NCBI GenBank assembly: GCA_964019335.1
Contig: OZ025650.1
Span: 248,001-312,000, forward strand
Direction: 5' to 3'
DNA from: Diplonema japonicum
Taxonomy: Eukaryota > Protista > Euglenozoa: Diplonemea
Length of the DNA stretch: 64,000 nt
Below the pieces are notes generated by a model. That model saw only the letters and a program-made list of their open reading frames with translations, did not search any database and was not told where the DNA came from. This document shows positions 24,157-33,789 of the stretch, in pieces. The position numbers were made by a program, and so were the translations under genes. Numbering within the stretch: position 1 is the stretch's first letter; the number at the start of each line of letters is the position of its first letter.

Positions 24157-25328
24157 TCATTCTCTCCTGTGTGTGTATGGTGTGTGCTTTCTTTGTCATA
24201 CTTCAAGAACCCGCGGTGTCCAGGCGATTTCTCAGCGTACTTAGCACAAGTCGAATCATCATAATCCTGAGGGATGAGGTCAAGCCCCTTAAGGACCTGC
24301 TTTGTTGCCATGTCCACATTCAAGCAGTAGAAGTGAAGGTGCTTCACACCACCGGCCAGCAAAGCCTTACAGACACCCACCATGTGCTCAATGCCGAAAG
24401 CCTTGAATTCCTCCTCAGCCTTCTTCTTGTCCTCGTCGCTGAGGTCGGCAGCAGGCTTCTTAGCCTCAATCTGCGCAAGCAGCTCGGGCTTAACGTACGT
24501 CTTGCAGAAACCAGTCATCTTCTTGAACCCCGCGTACGCCTGGATGGGGAGCAGACCGGGGAGGATCGGGACAGTGATTCCAGCTTCCCTGCAGTCCTAC
24601 GAAGTGGTTTATAATATAATAAAAAAAGGAATACCTTAACCCACTGAATGAACAGCTCAGCATCGTAGAACATTTGCGAGATGATGAAGTCGGCACCAGC
24701 CTCGACCTTCTTCTTCAGGTAGTCCATCTCCGCCTTGTACACGGCAGGGTCAACCTTGCCAGTCTGTGAATGTGTTTAAAAAAGAAAGGAAGCACACCTT
24801 AAGGTACTCATCGTAGTCGGCAATCTTGTCAGGGTGGCACTCGGGGTATCCCGCCACTGAGATGCAGAAGTAGTCCCCGTAGTGCGCCCTGATGTACTTG
24901 ACAAGGTCGAGCGCGCAGCTGAACCCGGTATCGGTGGCCTTCCACTCCTTCTCGCCGACGGGCGGGTCGCCACGGAGGGCGATGATGTTACGGATGCCGT
25001 TCTCCTTGGCGGCCTTCAATGCCGCCTCCACCTTGCCCTCCTCCATGTTCGTGCACGTCAGATGCATGTTCGCGATGTAGTTGTGCTTGTTCTGCGCGGT
25101 TTTGCACAACTCCATGGTGAGCTCGCTGGTGCTGCCGCCCGCACCCCAAGTGTAGTCTACGAACTCCGGGTTCATACCCCTCATCCTCCCTAGCCTCGCG
25201 TCCAAGTTCGCCACACCCGCGTCGGTCTTGGGAGGGAAAAACTCAAACGACCATGTCACGCCCTGCTCGTTGTCAAGAGGGGTGTTCCTCGCGCTGTCCA
25301 ACTGGTCCCTAAGCTTGGGGGTCGTCAT
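24157..25328 (-). CDS. MTHFR: Methylenetetrahydrofolate reductase, catalytic domain only; introns 24167-24201, 24597-24634, 24764-24797
   Basis: SFEFFPPKT, TWGAGG, HLTCTN, IIALRGDPP, VAGYPE, LKKKVEAGADFIISQMFYD, LHFYCLN. Spliced C-terminus ends GFLKRE*. Confidence 0.95.
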
Positions 25329-25453
25329 TTTGTATAAGTTCTTTTTTTTTCTTTTTCAAGTTCGTTACTTATAGTGTTTGAGTAAGATTTACGAAAGCTG
25401 CATAAAATAAAATCTTGAAGACTAAGGCCCTTTAGCCTGACACCATGATACAG

Positions 25454-27814
25454 TCACCAGTATTCGAAAACAGCTGTAGCGTCACCAGGCATGGATTGGA
25501 TAAGCAACACCAACTTGACTGGGATAGGGGCGGTGAAAATGTTGGATCCCACTGTTACTCTCCAAAGATGGAGGGCTGTTGAGGAGAAAGCATAAGTGAG
25601 ATTGAAGGTGCGGTTTAGTTTGGAGTTCCCTTGGAGCTGATCGCCTACAACGTACAGGGAGCGAGTAGCTAGATGCTTTCGGATCTGTCTGGTGCAGTGA
25701 GTGTGCGGGGTGGCCGCCAATATGACTGCCCTTGCTTCAGGAATAGCTTGGATGACCCTGAATGACGTTTTCGCCTCCCTCTCCACACGTGTTGCCTGCC
25801 GTTTGCTTGATGCACCGTCCCTGATGGCCTCCTTCAATGGTTCGTTGCTTACCCACTCGTCCCCAGCCTTGAATACCTTCTCCTCTCCCTCCAGCCACCC
25901 TGCTACCACTAAATACACCTTCTCGGCATCCCTCATCTCCTTTTCCATGTCATGCACCTTTGCTCCTTCCTTGCAGTACACCACTACGCCAGAGGTGTCC
26001 TTCTCCACACTGTGCACGAAATGCACACGCCGCACATTCCTCTGCCGCGCCACTTCGCACGCAGCGCTTGGCCTGTCCGCCGCCCTTGTCGTTGACGTCA
26101 AGTGCGTGACCATCCTGCTCGGTTTGCAGTACACAACCACGTCCTCAGTCTCCGCAAGGAACACAACTCCGTCGACGGAGGGCGGTGCCATCTCCACCTT
26201 TGCAAGCCTCTCGCCCATAAGGGAGAGCCGGCCCTTCGAGGTGTGCCCTGGATACCCACTTACCGTCATGACATCCCCACAGTTCATCTTCTTCACAGCA
26301 GCTCTACTACGTGGGCCCCACTCACCAACAGGGAGGACAACTTGAACTCTGTTCCCTGTCTTGCTTTGTAGTCCTATGAATGCCACGTTCCCTTGGCTCC
26401 TCACCGCTGTGACGTTGCCCCTTATCGCCACCAGCTCGTCGTTGATACGTGTGTCCCTCCCAATGCGCTCTTGGTCACAGTAACCCAGCTTTGCCCATGC
26501 TGCACGCACTTCGTCAACTCCCATAATCTCTTCTTCAGGGATGTCTTCGAAGTCCTGTTCACCGTATTTCCGAACGAGAGGCTTCAGCCTCCCCAAGCTA
26601 TGCAGGCCTTGCAAAGCCACCAGCATGCGGGGCAGCTTAGCCGTGGGCGTCCCTCGCAAACTGGCAGTCAAGCTCGTGACTTGCACCTGATCCAGCTCCG
26701 GGCAAGGAAGATTGATGAGGACCTGCAGCGAAAGATCCCGAGGGTGGGGTGTCGTGCACGGCACTGCGGGGTCATCCGGGAAGCAGGGAGCTTCATCGTT
26801 GATGGTCAGCACTAGCACCTCGTTCAAACGTGACGTCTGTGCTGCAAACTCTTCCTTCCAGTCGGGACGAACATCATTTGCATGAGCAGCCACGAGTGCT
26901 GTGAACACGTTGGACTCGTTGGGGGCTTTGCCTTCCAGTTCATGGCGCGGCATGAGGTCGAGAAGCGCCCTCGTCAGGGTGAGTGCTGTGTTGTTCGGGA
27001 ACACAAATGTGAGTTTCGTGTCCTTCTCTCGATATGCACTTTTTGAGGCCCAGATTGTGGCCACTGCTGCTAACTGGCAGACCTTGCTCTCAACGCTCTC
27101 TGTGTCGAGACGCACCCAGTAGTGGACAGAGCCCCTGTTCGGGACACATCGTACCATGCTCTCTAGATCCAGAGTGGGCTTCAGGCGCATGACGTCGCTG
27201 CTAGCAGCTGTTGTGAGTGCCTGGTAGACGGCATTGGGGTGGGCCGGTGCAGGGAGCTGCAAGAAGGCGTTTACGGAATGGATGCAGGCACTGGAGTGGA
27301 GAGCTACCGGTCCGAGGGAGACCCTCGTCATGTCACCGCACATTGTAGAAAAGAACTCCGATACCTTCGCAACCTGCTTAAGGAAGTCTTCGTGGGCACC
27401 GAATAGCCAGATGGACCGCTCCCACCCCATGGCCCTTTTTACGTCACCGTTGTCCTGTGGGACGAGCATAGGGGCGTCTTCGTGAAGTACGACCAACACG
27501 TCTGTCTCGCGGCACGTGAACACCCGACACGACCCTTCAAGGCACTCCTCAAGGTTCGCGTAAGTAACGGTCCCTTTCTGCAGCTCAGCCAATTCGTTAA
27601 GAATGCTCATTTCAGAAGGCGCGCTCCCTAGTTTCTCAACAAACTCGTCCCCGATCTTCATGAAAGAGTACTCTTTATCGTCAGCAGAAAGCATGATCAA
27701 CCAGACTTCTGTCCTCTCGTTCCCCCATAGCGCAGCCTCGATGCATCTGCTGAGTTCATCCAAACGGTGATGGGCTCTTGCCACCAGGAGGTAAACAAGG
27801 TTTAAGTCATGCAT
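25454..27814 (-). CDS. Fusion: two TrmY-like SPOUT domains + tRNA-synthetase-type OB fold + RluA-family pseudouridine synthase-like domain
   Basis: RLDELSRCIEAAL, VVLHEDA, FGAHED, VSLGPVALHSSACI (TrmY-like); second degenerate copy; VAIRGNVTAVRSQGNVAFIGL (OB); YCKPSRMVTH, VHSVEKDTSGV, AKTSFRV, TRQIRKHLA, VVGDQLQG, LHLWRV (RluA-like). Confidence 0.75.
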   Translation of the reverse strand: MHDLNLVYLLVARAHHRLDELSRCIEAALWGNERTEVWLIMLSADDKEYSFMKIGDEFVEKLGSAPSEMSILNELAELQKGTVTYANLEECLEGSCRVFTCRETDVLVVLHEDAPMLVPQDNGDVKRAMGWERSIWLFGAHEDFLKQVAKVSEFFSTMCGDMTRVSLGPVALHSSACIHSVNAFLQLPAPAHPNAVYQALTTAASSDVMRLKPTLDLESMVRCVPNRGSVHYWVRLDTESVESKVCQLAAVATIWASKSAYREKDTKLTFVFPNNTALTLTRALLDLMPRHELEGKAPNESNVFTALVAAHANDVRPDWKEEFAAQTSRLNEVLVLTINDEAPCFPDDPAVPCTTPHPRDLSLQVLINLPCPELDQVQVTSLTASLRGTPTAKLPRMLVALQGLHSLGRLKPLVRKYGEQDFEDIPEEEIMGVDEVRAAWAKLGYCDQERIGRDTRINDELVAIRGNVTAVRSQGNVAFIGLQSKTGNRVQVVLPVGEWGPRSRAAVKKMNCGDVMTVSGYPGHTSKGRLSLMGERLAKVEMAPPSVDGVVFLAETEDVVVYCKPSRMVTHLTSTTRAADRPSAACEVARQRNVRRVHFVHSVEKDTSGVVVYCKEGAKVHDMEKEMRDAEKVYLVVAGWLEGEEKVFKAGDEWVSNEPLKEAIRDGASSKRQATRVEREAKTSFRVIQAIPEARAVILAATPHTHCTRQIRKHLATRSLYVVGDQLQGNSKLNRTFNLTYAFSSTALHLWRVTVGSNIFTAPIPVKLVLLIQSMPGDATAVFEYW

Positions 27815-27907
27815 GTGGCCTCTGTGTGAATTAAAGAGATGGCAAGGTTAAGCCATGAACCATTTAAACATAAAACACTTGACCAAGTGAGTAAGGGAGT
27901 AAGGTGT

Positions 27908-29862
27908 TTATTCGTCGGGGAGGGTGAGCCACGCTAGGCCAATCCAAAAGCCGACGAAAGCTAAGGCTTTGCTGCGGTGGAGCATCATGCGGAAGAAGCG
28001 TTCGAAAGCGGTCATTCGCTTAAATGCTACGACACGGTTGAGACCGTGGCACTGGGAATGGTCGTCCTGTCCGATCAGGTAGCGAGAGACACTGTCCACG
28101 TACACCTTCTTGAAGCCTTCGGAAAAGAAGGGTGGTGTGAACTGTTTGATGTTTCTACCCCACGTCACGCCCCACGTGTTCCAGGGCTGCCCACATGCAA
28201 TGGCATCAGGTGGGCCTATGAGTACGTACTCCAGCACACATTTGTTCTTCCTCCATTCCTTGGGCCAGTCCACCCCGTTGGGCATCATCTGGCAGATGAT
28301 GATCGCAGGATTGTACTTCTCCACAGCCTCCTTCTCCGAGATTGCCTCGTTCTCGAACGCCTGGAACTTCGCTCTCTCTGATCTGTTGAACTGCAGAAGG
28401 AAAGGGTTCATGATGGGTGTCACGTCTGTGGGGGCGGCCTTGATCCCTGCATTTTTGAAGGCCTCTGTTTGGTTGAGGAGCCAGGAGAGCCTGCCGGTAC
28501 CGGAACCAACTTCGAGGATGGGGACGTTGGTCGCTTTGTATGCTGCTGCACGGGAGACGAGGTAGTCGGCGAGAGACAAGATGTACTCCTCTGTGGGCAT
28601 GATGATGGTAGCAGTAGCTTTGCAGTGGAATTTTAAGGGATGGCACGACACGTGCGTGTCGAAGAAGTGAGGCGCGAAGGTCGGGTAGCTGATGTTGTAG
28701 TAGATGCCGTTGAAGTTCCTGTTGTAGTCGTCGACGCGGCGGGCGAGCTCGATGGCGTCGAGGGGCTTCATGGGCCGCCAATCAGCAGGCTCTGGTATGT
28801 CGAGCCGGAAGGCATCCACGACCTCTTGCCATGAGGGGAGGTACCGAGGCGACAGCATCTTCTCCGCCGCCATGGCATCGATTCTTCTTGTGTACACACA
28901 CACCTTGTACACCATCGCCAGCACATTGAACTGGTGCATGATCACTGCAGAGAAGTTCTTCGTCGTTGCCATCCACCTCTTCAGCTCTTCGTAGTCGGAG
29001 TACGTGTACCCAATGCTGAACATCTCTTCCAGATGGCTGTCCCACCAGTTGTACTCTGCATCCATGTTTGTCTTTTCCGGCTTCACCTCCGTGAACATGA
29101 TCTTGAACTTCGCAAGCTCATCCTCCCTCAGCACGAACTGTTCCTCTCGGTACACCACAGTGAAAGGGTTGAACTTATACCTGTGTGTGTGTTTGCATTT
29201 TGCCTCTCGCTTTAGATTACCCCCGTGGTGTGTTTCTTTGCCGGAATAGTGAAATGAAAGAGAAATTGAGGTATCTGGCACGCGATATGGCACTGAAACA
29301 TGCACGAACCTCAGCATGACCAGCAATGGAAATTTCGTGCTTTTTTCTTTTCTTCATAGGTTCAAAATGGAACACTTTTTCTTCTGGACACACGGGTTTA
29401 TATTCTGCTGCACTACAACGGGCGCTATTGACAGCGATGTCGCCATGCGCAGTCTCGTATTCGTCAAGGCGCCCGGTATTTGCGGCACTCGACAGGGTAC
29501 GTCCCATTTTGTTTGTTGAGTTTCCAGCGCTCTCCTTTTATAGACAATCTGGCACGCGATATGGCACTGAAACATGCACGGACCTCGGCATGACCAGCAA
29601 TGGAAATTTCGTGCTTTTTCCCACAGGATCAAAATAAATAGACCGCTCTTTTCTTTTGGAAAAATAATTGTCGCGATTTTAGTGGTGCCATGCAGTATGT
29701 GACAGTGGCCATCCTTGTGAAGCTTCGCCTCATCGGGTTTCCTCCCCCAAAAAAAAATGTTTATATATCTGGCACGCGATATGGCACTGAAACATGCACG
29801 GACCTCGGCATGACCAGCAATGGAAATTTCGTGCTTGGGGTAAAAATAAAAAGGACCGCCCT

Positions 29863-29910
<48 letters not shown>

Positions 29911-30321
29911 TAGTTTGTTCAAATCATACTTTGCCATGAAAGCCTTTCGTTTCTCTTTTGTGGTGTCGGCTCCTCGTGCGTCGTCGAAGTCGGCAATGAA
30001 CTCATCCCGCGAGACCCTGCACTTCTCGAGGAAGTTGTCGAGGTCGTCACAAAGCAGGGCGGAGATGAGAACAGGATCCAGCTGGTCGTAGGGAGAGAAG
30101 CTGTCTGCCAACAAGTGTTGCGTCTCCTTCTTGTTGATAAGCTGTCCCGCCGACGCCTTAAGCTCTTGAGGTTTTATAGGCCGCAAAGCACTCTGCTCTT
30201 TCATCATCACCTGTGTCTCGTCCCCTTGAGCATCCTTCCCCTGTGCCAGATCCCTTCCCAAAGGAGACTTCCATCCCCTCACAGCGGTCCTGCTGAACCA
30301 CCTTCTTGCTACTTTTTGCAT
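27908..30321 (-). CDS. Putative mitochondrial SAM-dependent methyltransferase-like protein; single 749-nt intron 29181-29929
   Basis: Presequence-like MQKVARRWFSRTAVRGW. Donor AA|GTATGA and acceptor CACAG|G restore FMAK|YKFNPF. Motif I ILEVGSGTGRL; C-terminal TM. Confidence 0.75.
29271..29342 (-). ncRNA. Putative single-hairpin AGA-box (H/ACA-like) guide RNA, family A copy 1
   Basis: Minus strand: GCACG-pocket-CATTG..CATGC loop GCATG..CAGTG-pocket-CGTGC-c-AGA+3 nt, with 14 nt from upper stem to AGA. One of three near-identical intronic copies. Confidence 0.65.
29401..29488 (-). ncRNA. Putative single-hairpin AGA-box guide RNA, family C
   Basis: Minus strand stems CGGGCGC/GCGCCCG and TTGAC/GTCAA, lower stem GCCGCA/TGCAGC (1 mismatch), then AGA+ata. 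Lies between family A copies. Confidence 0.5.
29545..29616 (-). ncRNA. Putative AGA-box guide RNA, family A copy 2
   Basis: Same fold as copy 1. The two substitutions versus copy 1 fall in the apical loop. Confidence 0.65.
29666..29729 (-). ncRNA. Putative single-hairpin ACA-box guide RNA, family B copy 1
   Basis: Minus strand GCGA...GGCCA..TGGC...TCGC-g-ACA+3 nt. Homologous to 37381-37446 in the dynamin intron. Confidence 0.5.
29765..29836 (-). ncRNA. Putative AGA-box guide RNA, family A copy 3
   Basis: Identical to copy 2 over ~70 nt; ends AGA-tat. Confidence 0.65.
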
Positions 30322-30763
30322 GCGTTGCAAATATATATATATATATTTTTTTTTTAATGGCCCTGTTGTAGGGAAAATTAAATTAAAAAAAAAAATGGAA
30401 CACCGACTTCACATCAAAAATGAAAGAAAAAGGAGAGAAAAAAAGGAAAAGGAACTATTTTCTTTTAAGGTATGCGTAGTTGCGCTCACCGGCCTCCTCG
30501 CGCTCAGTCCTCGTTCTGGGGGCTTTTGGCGGGTGCCGACAGCGGTTGTCAGACTGCGTGGCAGTCTCGTCGGGGTCGTCGACGGGAATCTCTCTCGAAA
30601 GAGAAAAAGAAAAAAAAAGAGAGGAATAAATAGAAACCAAAGACCCGGGTAAAAACCCAAAAAAAAAAAAAAAAAAAAAAGAGAAAAGTTGGTGTTACAT
30701 AACTTTTTTATAAAAAAAAGTTGCATTTCTTTGGGAAGGGGGGGGATGCGGGGGTGCGCTTTT

Positions 30764-31951
30764 TCACGATGCTTGTCTCCTCTCCTGGATGAGATGGAAA
30801 TTTCTCCAGTGGTTGTGGCATTCCTTGATGATGTTCTGCGCGTACTCCCGACCGAAGTATTCACCGTCCATCGCGAATTTGTTTTGCGGCTTCCCGTGAC
30901 AGATTTTGTAATCGCGAAGCCACGTTCTGATGCACTCCAGCGCACCAGGCATATAACGGGTAACATCAGGTATATCGTCCATGAAGAGCGCAAGGGGATC
31001 ACCAGTAGACACTGCGATCACCTTCCAATCCATTTCACCATCATCAATCATGCCAAGGACACCAAGAACTTTGATGGGTGTAACGCTTCCTGTCGCAAGC
31101 TGTTGGGAACCGATCTCAATGATGTCGATGGGATCGTTGTCACCCTTGTATTCTTTGATGCCGTCTTCCTCTTCAAACTGGAAGCTGTGTTCGGTAGACT
31201 CCCACGTCTGCGGCAGCGCACCATAGTTGAACAGCATATCACCGTGTTTGTAAAACCGCAAGGCACCATTGCTCACATCTTGCTTCACTGGGTTGTACGG
31301 CTCGATGGTAGCTATCTCAAACTTTGCACGTGTCCACTTTGGTATCTCGCAGATAAAATTGTACTTATTCAATGGGGCTCCTTGCGGTTGGGTTCGAATC
31401 ACGTCCTTGATGTATAATGGTATATCGTGCCAGGGGGAGATTTTGCGCTTTGTTCCGGTTTTCAAGCTTTTGAGATAGAACCACACACGGTACTCGGGGG
31501 TGAACTTTTCATTGTCCTCCTCGACAATGAGCTGCATTTGTTCAAACGGCTCGTTGAACCGTGCTGAAAACGTCTTGAAGTTCTCCTTTGTTTTCTCAAT
31601 AACGTGGACTTCGGTGTTCCACACCTTCCAAAACACCTCGAAGTCGGGCGGGCCGTTTTTGAAGAGTATCGTCGTGACATTGGCAAGCTCGTCTGCAGTG
31701 AGGACACCCTCGCCTGCCTTTTCAAACATCCTCTCGACGTCCTCCTTGTTCAGTGTACCCTTGTTGTTGCAATCGATGCTTTCGAACAGCCTTCGCATGA
31801 TTTTCTTCTCCGCCACTTGCGTGTCTTCATCTTTATCATACGCAAGGTGCAACAGATCATTCGACGCTGTCTCGGGTATGCAGCTGTCCCTGTGGTTCTC
31901 CAGCTTGAAGCTCATGCCTTTTGTCAGGCTCATACCGCTTCCGCGTTTCAT
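30764..31951 (-). CDS. EF-hand-containing soluble inorganic pyrophosphatase (VSP1/acidocalcisomal-like)
   Basis: EF-hand DCNNKGTLNKED; family I PPase motifs ISPWHDIPL, CEIPKWTRAKFE, NYGALPQTWE, GDNDPIDIIEIG, MIDDGEMDWKVI. The true start may lie in an upstream exon. Confidence 0.9.
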   Translation of the reverse strand: MKRGSGMSLTKGMSFKLENHRDSCIPETASNDLLHLAYDKDEDTQVAEKKIMRRLFESIDCNNKGTLNKEDVERMFEKAGEGVLTADELANVTTILFKNGPPDFEVFWKVWNTEVHVIEKTKENFKTFSARFNEPFEQMQLIVEEDNEKFTPEYRVWFYLKSLKTGTKRKISPWHDIPLYIKDVIRTQPQGAPLNKYNFICEIPKWTRAKFEIATIEPYNPVKQDVSNGALRFYKHGDMLFNYGALPQTWESTEHSFQFEEEDGIKEYKGDNDPIDIIEIGSQQLATGSVTPIKVLGVLGMIDDGEMDWKVIAVSTGDPLALFMDDIPDVTRYMPGALECIRTWLRDYKICHGKPQNKFAMDGEYFGREYAQNIIKECHNHWRNFHLIQERRQAS

Positions 31952-32326
31952 TTTCCCCCTCCTTTCGCCTGATATGGTGGGGAGGGGAGAAAAAAAGGAA
32001 AAAAAAAGAAAAACGTTCACCGTGTAACTTTAACCACCTTCCTTAACCTCCTTTTAACCTCCTGCCGCAAGGCTGTTTTGACCACGTCCCCCATCACGCT
32101 GTCTATTTGCCTGCCCAATTTACTGTTGGGATCGAGCGTTGTTTGAGAGAAGCTCTGAAGCGGGTGTGCCCCGCTAGTGTTGAACCGCATCAAGCTCGCA
32201 CCCCCCCCCCCCCCCCCTCCCGCTTTTTTTGTTTTTTTTGTAAGTTGAAGGGATAAAATAAGAATTATAACAAAATGTACAGCATCTATAATCAACAAAA
32301 GATGGGTGAATCCTTCATACATTTCA

Positions 32327-32833
32327 TCAGGGGTATCTGCATTGCAACCGTCCTTGTCTCGTGCGGGGGGGCGAGACGAGCCTAGCCTGCGGAGGCATTG
32401 TGGAGTAGGATGGTGTAGTGTAACGCCCGGTGATGTATGAGGTCATGAAGTTGGCTGACTCGGTTGTCTTGAGGTTTTCAAGCTGTTCGCTGTAATGTTC
32501 TTCACACATTCCTGACCATGCGCAGGTGGGGGAGGAACACGCGTAGTAAACCGGGGAGTCGTGGCTTCCATGGGCGCACCGTGGTTTCCATTTCTCGGTC
32601 CCCTCGCATATCCATGGCTTTCCTGTGTTCTGTTGTTCCACTGAGTGGCCGTGAGGGCATTTAACAGTAAGTACTCTTTCTTTTGCGGGTTCTTCCAGTT
32701 TTTCCACCAACCCTTTTCCAAACCATTTCTGACGTGCTTTCTCCTTCTCTTCATCATTCATTGTGAGCTTCACTGACATTTCCTTCAGCAACTCCGCTCT
32801 TAGTTCTTCTGCTCTCCGTTGCGAGCCCAGCAT
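32327..32833 (-). CDS. Hypothetical protein with Cys/His cluster
   Basis: 168-aa ATG ORF with CPHGH...WICEG...C...YACSSPTC...MCEEH, a putative zinc-binding cluster. Confidence 0.6.
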   Translation of the reverse strand: MLGSQRRAEELRAELLKEMSVKLTMNDEEKEKARQKWFGKGLVEKLEEPAKERVLTVKCPHGHSVEQQNTGKPWICEGTEKWKPRCAHGSHDSPVYYACSSPTCAWSGMCEEHYSEQLENLKTTESANFMTSYITGRYTTPSYSTMPPQARLVSPPRTRQGRLQCRYP

Positions 32834-33789
32834 TTTCCCTCTTTCCCCCCCCCCCCCCCCCCCCCTTGGGATACATTAGGGAAATAAGAATAAAATCTTG
32901 TTTAAAAAAAAAAAGAAGAAAAAAAAAAGGCATTAAAAAAACGAAGAGGAAAGGATCTGGGTTGTGAAAGGGTGGAAGGAGGGTAATGCTTCCTTTTATT
33001 CCCAGCGGGGCTGCAACTTTAATCGCAACCCCAATGGGGGAAAAAGAAAATGGGGGAGGGGGGGGATGGAGCAAAAAAAGGAAAGAAGAATACCTAAAAA
33101 GTTAGTTGCAACTTTACTGATTTTCTGGTTGCTGTTTCAGAAATGTTGGAGAGAGCAGAGAGAGCAGTGTGAGCAACCTAATCATGTGCAACTTCCCTAG
33201 GATCTTGTTGAATAGTAAAAAGGAGTTGAAAGAGCACTGGTCTCTTTTTAGTTTTCCCTTTTGACATCTGTTCGATTAAATGACGCACTTGGAAGGGTAC
33301 GGGACGGGGTTTTCTTTAAAAAGGAAAGAAAAGGGTAGGGACAACAGAGCTGAATTAAAAAAGAAAAAAAAAATACGAGTTAAGGGATTTGTCAGGGAAG
33401 AAAAAAAGGGGGGAATCCTTCGAATGCTACGGAAGTTCTTTCCGTTCTTTTTCTTTCTCCCCCCTTTTTGTTTTCTTCACGCTTCTTAGTGTCCTCATTC
33501 TGTTTTTCTCTTTCGTTTCGTCCCCCTAAGCATTTTTTTCTTCTTCTCCAGCTCTTTATCCTACCCCTGTTCAATATCATTAAAGGTACCTTAAAAAAAA
33601 CCACTTTCCCCGTGAAGAGAGTAAAGGAATGGTAAAGAATTCACCACCTTGCAAGAAAAAAATATGAGGAGCCAAAATGTTGGAATATGTTTGTGAATGT
33701 AGAAAGATGTTCAAAACGAATAAACGCTTTTTTTTGTTTTTCAACTTTTATTTTATTGTATTTTATTTTATTTTCCCCCGAAGTTCTAT

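Noticed and set aside
29271-29836. Three ~70-nt direct repeats with unique spacers read as a CRISPR-like array
   Set aside because: Repeats too long, spacers unequal (~200 and ~150 nt) and themselves structured, no cas genes, eukaryotic intron context. The H/ACA-like fold explains them better.
24157-30321. MTHFR, SPOUT fusion and MTase-like gene as a methylation operon
   Set aside because: Gene order in such clusters is generally not functional and the predicted compartments differ; would need synteny or co-expression evidence.
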